64,000 nt of DNA. Source: the human T2T-CHM13v2.0 reference genome, Homo sapiens. This document shows positions 1-13,567 of this stretch, one piece after another; the first letter of the stretch is position 1; the number at the start of each line of letters is the position of its first letter. The stretch is from NCBI RefSeq assembly GCF_009914755.1, contig NC_060942.1; one strand, given 5' to 3'. Below the pieces are notes generated by a model. That model saw only the letters and a list, made by a program, of their open reading frames with translations, searched no databases and had not been told where the DNA came from. Both the position numbers and the translations under genes were made by a program.

Positions 1-129
1 TCCCTTCTCCCAGGAATGAGCAATTTACGTGCATTCAGTTTTTGTGGAGGTGACCATTTTCCTTTGAAAACGGCCCAGTCTATTTATTTTAGCACTTGGT
101 TTGGGGACGGGTATTAAATTCCGTTGCTG

Positions 130-1260
130 GCATCGCGCCAAGACAGTAGGCCAGCAGAGGCCGCTGGGCTGAAGCCTGCAGGGGTGCCTCCTCTGCCGGA
201 TCTGGCCAAGCCTCCTGCCAGTCGAGGCCCTTTACCTTCCAGTCACACCAAGAACTAAAACAGGATCAGCCAAAGGTACAATGTTTTCCCAAAGCGTTAA
301 AAATCGATGCTTGGCTTGAAATACAGTCTGGTCTTTGATATTCTGCCGTGGTGATCAATGTTGGAGCTCAGGAAGCTGAAGTTGTACGCAGCCTGTCCGT
401 GCAGAGCTGAGGCTGTGACGAGAGAAGCCAGCAGCGAACGGGACCGCAGGGCCATCGGAGCAGCAGGGCGGGGGTCGGGGGAGCCCTGCCGCGCCCGGCG
501 TTTGCAGAGTCAGCTTCTGATTGGCCTCGCAGGGCAGAGCGCACACTCCGCACTGTTCGGCCTCCCTAGAGGCCATGGGGAAAGCACTGGTTTTAGGATT
601 GGGGAAGGAAGGCACCAGGCGCTGCGGGAGGGCGAGAGGGAGGTGGAGGCTGCCGGAGTAATGAGCGGCGAGAGCTCGTGAAGCGGGGGTGCAGGGCGAG
701 TGCAGCGGGGGTGCAGCGCGGGTGCAGGGCGGGTGCAGCGCGGGTGCAGGGCTGATGCTGGGTGGGTGCAGGGCGGGTGCAGCGGGGGTGCAGCGCGGGT
801 GCAGCGCGGGTGCAACGCGGGTGCAGGGCTGATGCAGGGTGGGTGCAGTGCGGGTGCAGGGCGGGTGCAGCGTGGGTGCAGGGCGGGTGCAGCGGGGGTG
901 CAGCGCAGGTGCAGGGCTGATGCAGTGTGGGTGCAGCGGCCTGGCCACCTCCCTGCTCCCAGGGCGTCAGAGCGATTGCCTGAGTCCCTCTGGCAGCAAT
1001 CAGGTGTGCTCTTGTTCAACAGGGGCTGCAATCGCCCCAACCTGTCCCTCCTGCCCCCGGCTCCTCCTGGAGCCCTGACCAGGGAGATCAGCAAAGTCTC
1101 CTTTTGATTTACTGCCTCTTCCCTCCATCCTGGCATCCAGGAGGGACGGAGTGAGCAGTGGGTGAGCTCTCAAGAGTGGGGCCTGGAGATGCAAGGCGGG
1201 CAGATGGGCCGGCGGGGGCAGATTTCACATGAATAGATTTTACTTTGCAGCGGAGTGAGT
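130..1260. promoter_or_regulatory. CpG-island-like promoter candidate 1
   Basis: GC- and CpG-rich against an AT-rich background; GC box GGGCGGGG at 466-473, inverted CCAAT (ATTGG) at 520-524; possible + strand splice donor GGA|GTGAGT at 1254/1255. Boundaries approximate. Confidence 0.7.
687..939. repeat. GC-rich minisatellite, 23 x 11 bp (consensus GGGTGCAGSGC)
   Basis: Parses into 23 in-phase 11-nt units; variant TGATGC units at positions 7, 14 and 22 give a 7-8 unit higher-order period. Confidence 0.95.
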
Positions 1261-1595
1261 GGCACGAATGGCAAATTGATTCTTAAAATATTTTGAGAGA
1301 CTGGTATTATACCAAGGTGTAGGACTGACCACAAACATCGGGTTAGTTACCAGATACTAGACATGTTTAGAGGAAATTGTAACATTCCTACTTCCTGATA
1401 TTACTTTTACTAGGGATGTCTTCCATAAAAAACAAACAAATAAGCATTGATTTTTCCCATTACAAAAGCAATACATGCTTATTACTGAGTATTTGAAAAA
1501 CACAGATGAATATAACCAAGCAAACAAAAGTCATTCAATAGTCCATGAAAGAGAGGTAACAACTGTTAATATGTTAGAAGTATTCTCTTCTATTA

Positions 1596-2054
<459 letters not shown>

Positions 2055-2310
2055 TCAATTATTTTTAGTAAGTGTTTGTTTAAACTTGTGCAAACATCAC
2101 CACAATCCAGTTTGGGACAAGTTCCCTCCTCCAAGTGTAACCTCCTGCCCATTGCAACCACACTCAGCCCTAGATAACCACTGATGTGCTTTTAGTGTCT
2201 ACAAATTTGCCTTTTTTGGACATTTTAGATAAATGTAGCTTTTGTGTCTGGCTTCATTTGCTTAGCTTATGTTTTTGAGAATCATCCATGTTGTAGTGTG
2301 GATCGGTAGT

Positions 2311-2708
<398 letters not shown>

Positions 2709-3527
2709 TGAATACTGTTGCTATGAACATTCATGTACATGTGTTTGTATGGACACATATTTTCATTTCTATTGGGTAAAATTCTAGGGGTTGAATTGCT
2801 GGGTTGTATAGTAAATTTGTTTAACTTTTTAAGAAATTGCCAGACTGTTTTCCAAAGTGGCTACCCCATTTTACATTCCCACCAGCAATGTACGAAGGCT
2901 CAAGTTTCTCTATATACTGGTCAACACTTGTTTTTTTCTATTTTTTGATAATGGCCATTCCAGCATGTGTAGTGGTTCTCAGTGGGGTTTGAATTTGCAT
3001 TTCTTTAAAGAGTAAGAATATGAAGCATCTTTGTATGTGCTCATTAACCATTCAGATGTCTTGTGAAATGTCTGTTCTAATCTTTTATCCATATAAAAAT
3101 TGAATTGTTTTCTTATTATTGAATTATAATTCTTTATTCTGGATGCAATTCTTATATGAGAACTGATTTGCAATTATTTTTTTCCCAGTTTGTGACTTGT
3201 TTTTTCATTTTCTTAGCACTATCTTTTGAAGTGCAGAAGTTTTTAATTTCAATGAAGCACAATTATTTTTTTCTGTGATGGATCATGCATTTGGTGTTAT
3301 ATCAGAAATTTTTGCCCAACCCAGGGTCACTGTAATTTTTTCTTATGTTTTATTGTAGACATTTTATAGAGTTAGATTTTATAGTAAGATGTATAAGTGA
3401 TTTTGAATTATTTTTTACATATGGTATGTTTTTGGGTCTCTGTTCATTTTTTTTTTTTTTTGCATATGGCTATACAATTATCCCAGCACCATTTGTTGAA
3501 ACGCCTTGGTACCTTTGTCAAAACTCA

Positions 3528-3834
<307 letters not shown>

Positions 3835-4336
3835 TCAGCTGGGCATTAATATAAAGGCTTATTTCTAGCTTCTCTTGATCTATGTTCCTAGCCTTATGCC
3901 AGTACCATCCTCTGTTGTTTCTGTGAATTTATCATCATTGTGAAATGGGGTAGTACAAATCTTACAACTTTTTTCTAACCTTTCAAAATTGTTCTGGCTG
4001 TTTTAGGTCCTTTACATTAAGAAAATATACAGGATCAGCCTGTCAATTTCTACAATATAACCTGCTATAGTTTTGATAGGGATTTCACTGAATTTACTTA
4101 TTTTATTGGAACATTTTCTCATGTTTTTATAATTCTGATACTTTTAACTGGGACAGTTTTGGGACATTTATGGTGGGAAGAAGGGAGTTGGGATAAACTT
4201 TTAATTTCCCTTTTCATCTCTGCTTTCACTCAATATTTGCTCTATGATACCTATGCAGAGAAGATGGGTCTTTGCAATTGAGAAACTTGTGGCTATAAAT
4301 TTCTTAGCTGTTAAAATTGTACTGAGTTCTCCCTAG

Positions 4337-4830
4337 GAGATCCACAGGGTAACCCAGACAAGAACGAGAGGCCAAGGAAATCCTGGAGGGTGGCGATTAT
4401 GCTGATGGGGCAGTTCATACCAGGAGTGACGACTCCTTATGCCAACAGCAGTGCAGGTTGGCAGGATGACCCTCAGCATGACATGGACACACGCTGCATT
4501 ACTCGGTGGGCTGGGCAGGCAGCAGTTGCCGTCAAGAAGGCATCTGCCAGATGTGGGGAGGAAGAGCGTTCCAGCCATGACCTGACAAGAAGAAACGTGG
4601 GAGGCCACGCACAGCCAAGTGCCCACGGGGTGCTGCACACGGAGCCCAGGAATCGACTCTGGCTTCTTCCGGATCACATGGTTCACGGTGGGGTTTACAG
4701 CCCTCATTTCTGATGTTATAAGGTTAGAGGCAGTGACCTTGGGAGAGTTTACACTCAATTTAATTTTTATTGTTTCATGAAATGGAAACTGTTTTCTGTC
4801 AGTCAATAAAGCAGCGGGCCTTCTGCTGTA
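4337..4830 (+). other. Candidate 3'-terminal exon of a + strand (probably non-coding) transcript
   Basis: Acceptor TTCTCCCTAG| at 4336; GC-elevated unique sequence; one frame open from the acceptor to TGA at 4711-4713; AATAAA at 4805-4810. Confidence 0.3.
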
Positions 4831-5626
4831 TAATGGATGTGGATAAGCGATTGCTGTTTGTTATCACCGTTTAACTGCAGAGACGTCTTATTAGTGGTGA
4901 TTTTGGAACTCCAGGACTTTTACCAGCCTCAGGGCTAATTCTTTATCCATGTCAGCATCAATGTTGTTACATATAACAGGTTATGGCCACTTCAAAAGGA
5001 AGGGAAAGTTCAAAGTCTCTAAAGTTTAAAATGCACTAAAAAGCAAGTGAGCTGAGAGAACTAGAGATCTGAACTAGGGGTCTGAGCCATCAGGAGTTTC
5101 AGTGAAAACATGTCTGAACAATCAGCTGAGCAATCAGATGTTCCAGGAAATAATGGCAACTCTAACCTATCAGGTGAAAGAAACATCATCTTAGAACTCA
5201 GCTGCATCACAACAGAGAAGCACAATGCTTATGGCAATAATCACTAGTAGTTTAGAGATGGAAAAATGATCGAACGTATTCCTTGCATGTTATGAAAAAA
5301 AATCCTAAATATTCCCAATTCCCATTTACCCGTTCAAATTGAGCAGAAGTCCTGTTGAAGTTTACATGAAAGAACGGGATATAAAAGAAATTGTAGCTTG
5401 GTTTTCGAAGGCCATAGACACTTCCTCACTCTACTAGTGTAGTATAATAGGAAAGTGGTTTTGCATTCTTGGTCAAAGGCCAACTAAATGCAGAGACGTT
5501 GGCCTCAGAAGGGATGAGGATGAGGTCAAAGGTTTTTGAATAGAGGAAGCAGAAAATGCACAAAATTGCTTCCTCAAAGGTGACATGTAGCTTTGAAAAA
5601 ATACTTTGGGTAAAGAAGTCTGGTGT

Positions 5627-5926
5627 GGCCCAGTGTGGTGGCTCATACCTATAATCCCAGCACTTTGGGATGCTGAGGTGGGAGGATTGCTTGAGGCCAG
5701 GAGTTTGAGACCAGCCCGAGTAACACAGAAATACCCCATCTCTACAACAACAACAACAACAACAAAATTAGCTGGGCGTGGTGGTGCACATCTGTAGTCC
5801 CAGCTACTCAAGAGGCTGAGGTGGGAGTGTTGCTTGAACTCAGGAGTTGGAGGCTACAGTGAGCTATGGTCGCATTACTGCACTCCTGCTTGTGTGACAG
5901 TGTAAGACCCAGTCTCAACAATAACA
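5627..5926 (+). mobile_element. AluJ SINE with (CAA)n mid-linker
   Basis: Dimeric Alu; TSD AAAGAAGTCTGGTGT (5612-5626) / AAAGAAGTCCGTGT (5927-5940). Confidence 0.9.
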
Positions 5927-5936
5927 AAAGAAGTCC

Positions 5937-6966
5937 GTGTGTGTGTGTGTGGATGTGTGTCTACAGTGTGTATGTGTGGTGTGTGTGTGTATGTGGTGTG
6001 TGTGTGTATGTGTGGTGTGTATGTGTGTATGGTGTGTGTGTATGTGTGTATGTGGTGTGTGGGTGTGTATGTGTAGGGTGTGTGTGGGGTGTGTGGTGTG
6101 TGTGTGTATGTGTGGTGTGTATGTGTGTATGGTGTGTGTGTATGTGTGTATGTGGTGTGTGGGTGTGTATGTGTAGGCTGTGTGTGGGGTGTGTGGTGTG
6201 TGTGTATGTGTGTTTGTGGTGTGTATGTGGTGTGTGTGTGTGTGGTGTGTGTATGGTGTATGTGTATGTGTGGTGTGTGTGTGTATGTGTGTACGTGTGG
6301 TGTGTGTATGTGTGGTGTGTGTGTGTATGTGTGTATGTGTGGTGTATGTGTGGTGTGTATGTATGTGTGTATGTGTGGTGTGTGTGTGTATGTGTGTATG
6401 TGTGGTGTGTGTGGTGTGTGTGTGGTGTGTGTGTATGTGGTGTGTTGTGGTGTGTGGCTGTGTGTGTGTACGTGGGGTGTATGTGTGGTGTGTGTATGTG
6501 TGTATGTGTGGTGTGTGTATGTGGTGTGTGTGTGGTGTGTGGTGTGTGTGTATGTGTGTATGTGTGGTGTGTGTGTGGTGTGTGGCTGTGTGTGTGTACG
6601 TGGTATGTGTGTGTATGTGTGGTGTGTGTATGTGTGGTGTGTGTGTGTATGTGGTGTGTGTGTGGTGTGTGGCTGTGTGTGTGTACGTGGGGTGTGTGTG
6701 TATGTGTGGTGTGTGTGTGTATGTGTGTATGTGTGGTGTGTGTGTGGTGTGCGTGTATGTGTGTATGTGGTATGTGTGTGGTGTGTGGCTGCGTATGTGT
6801 GGTGTGTGGCTGTGTGTGTGTTGTACGTGGGGTGTGTGTGTGTATGTGTGTATGTGTGGTGTGTGTATATGTGTGGTGTGTATGTGTGGTGTGTGTATGT
6901 GTGGTGTGTGTGTGGTGTGTGGCTGTGTGTGTGTGTACATGGGGTGTGTGTGTGTGTGTGTGTGAG
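5937..6966. repeat. ~1 kb cryptic (GT)-rich VNTR (GT/GGT/GTAT mosaic)
   Basis: Almost entirely G+T; 6001-6100 is duplicated at 6101-6200 with one mismatch; recurring GGCTGTGTGTGTGTACGTGG marker. Confidence 0.97.
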
Positions 6967-7103
6967 AGGGAGAGAGTAAATGAGGAAGAGTCTCCACTTA
7001 TTCTTTATGCCTTTATTCATAAGCTGAAGTTAGGCTCGGACTAATGATGATTATTATAATAGATCCCGCTATTTTTATACTGCTTTATGGTTTAAAACAC
7101 ATA

Positions 7104-7434
7104 CGGGTTGAGCATCCCTAATTCAAAGCTCTGAAATCTGAAATGCTTCAGAATTGGAAAGGTTTTGGGCCCCGACATGTTGCCACAAGTGGAAAATTCC
7201 ACGCTTGCTTCCTTTACTTTCCAGTGATTCAAAGGACACAAACTTTGTTGTATGAACAAAATTATTTAAAAATACTGTATAAAGTTATCTTCAGCCTATG
7301 TATACAAAATGTATATGTATTTTATTTTTATACTTGGGTCCCATCCCCAAGATATCTCATTGTATATATGCAGATATTCCAAAATCCAAAACAGTTCTCA
7401 TCCCAAGCATTTCAGATAAGGGATATTCAGCCTA
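7104..7434. mobile_element. Tigger4b-like (TcMar-Tigger) non-autonomous DNA transposon
   Basis: Terminal C(A/G)GGTTGAGCATCCCTAAT ... GATAAGGGATATTCAGCCT inverted ends; internal CCACAAGTGGAAAATTCCAC. Confidence 0.85.
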
Positions 7435-7529
7435 TGGTAATGTGTGAGATCTGTGTAACTAGTTTGGGTGGCCGGGTTGGTCACTTAATTATAGGACTGA
7501 CTGGAGACCTGGAACAAGGTCCCCTATAT

Positions 7530-7871
7530 CAGGGGTCCCCAAGTCCCGGGCCACAGACCGGTACCGGTCCATGGGCCGTTAGGAACAGGCTGCACAGCAG
7601 GAGGTGAGCAACGGGTGAGTGAGCATTACCACCCGAGCTCCATCTCCCGTCAGATCAGCGATGGCACTAGACTCTCACAGCAGTGCGAACCCTATTGTGA
7701 ACTGGACATGCGAGGGATCTAGGCTGGGTGCTCCTTATGAGAGTCTAATTAATGCTTGATGATCTGAGGTGGAACAGTTTCATTCCTAAATCATCCCCCT
7801 CAACCCCTGTCTATGGAAAAATTGTCTTCCATAAACCTGGTCCCTGGTACCAAAAAGGTTGGGGACCACTG
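7530..7871 (+). mobile_element. MER1B (hAT-Charlie) MITE
   Basis: CAGGGGTCCCCAA ... TTGGGGACCACTG TIRs with perfect 8-bp TSD CCCTATAT (7522-7529, 7872-7879). Confidence 0.92.
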
Positions 7872-7954
7872 CCCTATATGAAATCACATTCCTTTCTGGC
7901 CCCGACCAACTCCCTCCTGCATTCCTAGTCCTTCTAACTTTGTTCTACATTTTG

Positions 7955-8150
7955 TTTCTTCCCTAGCACTTACCACCTTCTGGTATGCTGTATAATTTAT
8001 TGATGTGTTATGTAGGTTGTCTGTCTCTCCCTCACAAGGATGTAAGATCCACAAGAGCAGGGGTCTTGCTTTGTTTTATTCACTGATGTATGTCAAGCAC
8101 TCTGACCAGTGCTTGCCACAGGACACTCAATAGGCAATTGATTGAATGAG
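7955..8150 (+). mobile_element. L2 LINE 3' end
   Basis: GTAAGATCCACAAGAGCAGGG...TTCACTG...CTCAATA...TTGAATGA typical of the L2 tail. Confidence 0.75.
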
Positions 8151-8467
8151 TAAAAACCCAACAGAAAAGAAAAGAAGGATTCTTAGCCCAGTATGGAAGT
8201 AAAGGGTTATAACTTCTTAAGACGGATGTGAGGCAGAGAAGGGAGGTGGGAGTTGTCCCAGCAGTCCACAGACCTCTGGAAAAACTGGATCTTTCCTGCA
8301 TGGATCAAGAGAGAAGCAACTCTTTGAACAGTGGGTCTTAATAGTTCAACTGCTACAACATAGACTGGGACAATCCATGTGCAACTGCATAATTTGGTGA
8401 GCAGGCCTGAGCTGGGTGTTTTTTTTTTTTTTTGTATGTTTTTGTTTTAGAAGAATATATAGGCATT

Positions 8468-8907
<440 letters not shown>

Positions 8908-9345
8908 CTAGCTTTAACCATAGCATTTATTCTTATTTCCAAACTACTAAATTATAACAAAGTTCATTTTGCCAGGTCTATATTTAAAATCTATAGGTTT
9001 TAAATAATTTAAGAAAAGGTAAAAAAAAGAGTGGCAAGTGTAAAGTAGATCTATATATCAAAAGGGCATGATTCTGGAAAGCCCTAGTGCTATATAAGTG
9101 GGCTTGTTAATAATAGATATGTGTTTCGCTTGGAAACTAAGGATCAGAGGATGCTGGTAATTTATTCAAAGACACAGTTACTAGTTGGTAAAACACTGAA
9201 CTTCTAGTTCAAAGGTTTTTCCAAAGAAGTGGTTTGAATCAGAGGTGCAGTCATTATTCAAATGTCATTGACTATACAAATAAAAGGGATCTTGATGATC
9301 AACTGATGTTATTTCCTTATTTTACAAATTAGGACACCTGATCAC

Positions 9346-9752
9346 TGATACGATTTTGCCATGTCCCCACCCAAATCTCACTTTGAATTCTTTTTTTTTT
9401 TTTTACCTTTTTTTCTTTTCTGTTTGTTCCCATAATCCTCATGTGTTGTGGGAGGGAACCAGTGGGAGGTGATTGAATCATGAGGGTAGTTACCCCCTTA
9501 CTGTTCTCATGACAGTGAGTGAGTTCTCACGAGATCTGATGGTTTTGTAAGGGGCTTCTCCCCCTTTGCTTGGCACTTCTCTCTCCTGCTGCTATGTGAA
9601 CAAGGACGTATTTACTTCCCATTCCGCCATGATTGTAAGTTTCCTGAGGCCTTCCCAGCCATATGGAACTGTGAGTCAATTAAACCTCTTTCCTTTATAA
9701 ATTACCCAGTCTTGGGTATTTCTTCGTAGCAGCATGAGAACCAAGTAATACA
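9346..9752 (+). mobile_element. THE1C/D (ERVL-MaLR) solo LTR
   Basis: TGATA...CCCCACCCAAATCTCA ... GTGAGTCAATTAAACCTCTT ... TAATACA; degenerate TSD ATCAC/GTCGC. Confidence 0.88.
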
Positions 9753-9965
9753 GTCGCTGTATTAGTCTGGGTTCTCCAGAGAAAAAAAAGAATGCTTACG
9801 TTTTACTTCATTTTGATGGAAATAGTCATCCTTAACTTTTATATATCTAATTCCTCTAGCAGAGTATACTTAATATAATTTTTATATGAAGAAAATATAC
9901 TGCAGCGTATGTAAAATTCCTGAAATCAAAACAGTTAAAGCCAGTTAAGGAAGGGCCTTCTAATC

Positions 9966-10142
9966 TAGCGGGCCTTAACCATGGCTGCACGTTGCAGTCA
10001 CCTGGGGGCTGTGAAAACTACTGATGCCTGGGTCTCACCTTCAGAGGGTCTGATTTAATTGGTCTGTCATGTGGCCAGGGCATAGTGGGTTTTAAATGCT
10101 CCCCAGGTGATTGTAATGTACAGCCAAGATTGAAAACCGCTG
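9966..10142. mobile_element. MER5A1-like hAT-Charlie MITE
   Basis: GGCTGCAC..CACCTGGGG...CCCCAGGTGATT..AATGTACAGCCAAGATTGAAAACCGCTG. Confidence 0.75.
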
Positions 10143-12844
10143 TTCTAAATAGAAGGCCCGAAACAAAGACTAGGGATCGTCAATGTTAAAATGCAAAATA
10201 TAATTAGGAGCAGCCCCTTGGAGAATGACTTCTTTTCTTAATTCAATACTTTTGATGTACACATGACTTCTATTAGTATGAGTTTTGTTAGAAATCAACC
10301 AACCCAACCACAATGAAACACCCCTATATGCAGGGAGATTGTCTTTCCAAAGGTGTAGCTGTCGGGTTGTGAGAGAGTGAGAATTTCCTCGAGGTCTGAA
10401 ACTACACCTGTGTGTTTTTTCTACTTCTCTGGGCTGTGTCAGACACAAGCTTGAAAGATGTGTGAGCATACTCCCTTTTCACTGCATGAACTGAGGGGAA
10501 AAGGCACTGGGCCTCGGTGGAGAAGGAAGGAGAAGGCAGGGGGTGGCTCATCTGCTAAGGCCAAGTATTAACTGGGCGTAGATAAGAAATTAGTACATGA
10601 TGAAAGAAGAATTGGAATAGGGATGGGAGAGGGTGGCTCTTGGATCAATCCAGTGGTACAAGACATCAATGATGCCAATCTCAGATTGCAAGCCAAGCTC
10701 TTGTGGAGGTCTATGTTCAAGTGGACCGTGTGAGCCTCCAGCTCTACTACCTTCTCCTTGGAAGTGGCTCGAGTTAGTTACCAGACAGGCAGGCTCCACG
10801 TTAACTGGAATCCTTAGGCATGATTTGTATCCAGTTCTGACAATGGGGGTAAATAGGACAAAGGAAAGTTTCCGGGTCCTTTAGATGGGGCAACCCTCTG
10901 AGAGGCTCAGGCCTATTTTCCTTAGGTGGAGGACAAATGCAACTAATTATACATCTGGTCACAAAACTTTTAGAGATTGAGTTATACCCTCACAGTGGTG
11001 TACATTTATGACCGTTTACTTGAGGATGTGGAGAGGGGGAGGGTGAAAGTGCTCTTCCTAATACCATGTGCATGAAAGGGCCACTGATAACTGGCATCTG
11101 CTCCCATACACATTGTTCAAGGGACTGCCTCCCTGCAAGCTCTCAAACTGGGCAGAGACATTTCATCATTCCCTGGTGATCCTAAGAAGAATAGCTCTTT
11201 GTTCTTTAACAGAGTCAGAATAAAGTAAAATGATGGAGATTCAAAACTACAATTTTGTAAGTATACATTAGCATGCATACTAATGATAAAGATAAGTTAT
11301 CTTTATTTAAAATCCATTTTGCAGGCTGAGATGTTTTCCCCAATTTCCCATAAGAATTTTTATTGAAATTTGGTCTGAATGATAAAGCAGGAAAGATTTT
11401 ATTTTCTCTCCAGCTGATTCTGATGGAGGTAAAACAAAATGCCTATATGTTTATACCTGACATGAACTGAGAATTCCCCTGAGAGTCATAGATGGTTTGC
11501 TAAACTTTGGTCGTCAGGAAATCCTAGAATGCCACCTTATTCCGAAATAGTTTGCTATTGATGACCACTATAATATCATAAGAGTTGGTGATAGTGAATG
11601 GTCAGTTTGTCAAGAGGTCCTGGCCAATGGAAGGGAAGCTGCTTCCCTTATTTAAGTCCCCACTGTAAGATACAGATGGAGTCTGGCACAGCTCCAGGTG
11701 TAATTACAAGACTTGATTCAGTTAGGGGCCTGAATGGAAGAGAAGGTGAAGCTTGTCTGCAGTCTGGAGTCAAAGTAGCGAATTCCCAGAAAGCTCTGAT
11801 TCAATTAAGTGGGGGAGGCCTCTGCCAGTTCCTGTTCTGTTATTGCATTTTTAAGGCTCCTGTCCACAGCAGAATGCCTGCTGGCAGTTACAGTTGATAA
11901 ACTAAGTAGGAGTTTCCTGCTCCAGAGGGAGTGAAGGCACTGGCAGCCACCACTGGCAGCTGGAACTCCCAAGCTACTCCACGACGCGGGAGGTTGCCTG
12001 GCAGTCAGTTTTGATGACCAGGCCTAGGAGCCACTCTCAAATCCAATTCTCCCTACTTTTGAACCGATTCAGAAGACTCGGAGACCTTGGTAAGTTTGAT
12101 CTTAACGATGGCAGGACTCCTTGGGAAAATATCTTTGGCATGTAAAACACTGGCAAATAGAACAGGGAATGGTCATTTAAATGCTGGTCACATTGCACTG
12201 ATATCGATTTGAAAATAAAAAGAGGATTACAGCTCTCAGGATTAGGGTAGGATTGATTAATGTAGTTCTTTCTTCAACACCAAAGACACAAATGTCCTGA
12301 AGGAAAAATTGATGCTCACTTAGAAAAATAAAGCTAATAATTCCATAGAATTATAATTCTCATAAGGAGATCATCTTTTGTGTCCCAGATGATTTAGAAG
12401 AACTGCATTCCCCGATCAGCTTCTGTTCATGGTTAATGGAAACGTTTTTTAAACTGCCACTAATGGCAACAAGGCAGCCCTAATTTAAAGAGCACTGCAT
12501 TCTGGTTGATGAGCAATATCAGAGTTAGGGAAGTAAGTTTCATGTTTTCGACTCAGAGTTACCGATGAAATACTAGCTTGGAAGTGTTCCTGGTTATTAA
12601 CCTTTGAAGAAAGGAAGCTCATCAACATTTTATTAAACCTATTTTCTGTAATGTGGCCATCTTATTTACTAATCATCGTTCAGCTTACGCATTTTACTGC
12701 AGGCAAATGTTGAGGCGCATTTTGTGTCTATTCTCTTCTCCATCTTAACAAGCAATCATCACTGATATTTGAGATGTTAAAGTCTACAGAGAGAAAGAAA
12801 TATTGTAGTCTAAAATCTCTATTATTTTTGGAACTAGCCTCTAG

Positions 12845-13190
<346 letters not shown>

Positions 13191-13359
13191 TGATTAAGAT
13201 TCTAACTGTAGAAGTTCAGGAACCTGAATCTTGAAACATGTGGTCAGTAATTATGGGGGTAATACGGAGAGGGAACACGCATGTTGGGGCAAACTGAAGA
13301 AAGCACCCCTGAGCAGAATCATATGGGACCACTGGTATCATAAACCAATGTGTAACATT

Positions 13360-13567
13360 TTGAACTTTGGAACCAGACAGACTTGGGTTCAAATTTTGCT
13401 GCCACTGTATGTGTAGTGGCTGTGTGACCCTTAGTAAATTACTCAATCTCACTAATCCTCAGTTTCCCAATCCCTAAAATGGGGACAATGAAAGTGTCAA
13501 CATTATAAGATAACTTTGAGGATTAAAGGATAATGTTCCTGGCAAACAGTATGTTCTCAATAAATGT
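13360..13567 (+). mobile_element. MIR SINE
   Basis: Core GGGTTCAAAT...TGTGTGACCCTTAGTAAATTACTCAATCTC...CCTCAGTTTCCC...TAAAATGGGGA. Confidence 0.8.

Noticed and set aside
149-166. CTCF-like GGCCAGCAGAGGCCGCTG
   Set aside because: Mismatch in the conserved GGC core position; weaker than the 32260 and 33655 sites.
687-939. CRISPR-like array
   Set aside because: Contiguous 11-bp units with no unique spacers, in a eukaryotic context with no cas genes.
355-1136. Long overlapping ORFs (197, 208 and 135 aa; PALHPRCT/GCSAGAGRVQ repeats)
   Set aside because: They result from the stop-poor 11-bp GC-rich minisatellite, are open on both strands and show no family similarity.
5866-7044. 260-390 aa Cys/Val- or His/Thr-rich ORFs
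   Set aside because: Translation artefacts of the (GT)n mosaic repeat, open in multiple frames on both strands.
10150-10975. Possible old LTR-like segment
   Set aside because: Could not assign termini, TSD or family from sequence alone.
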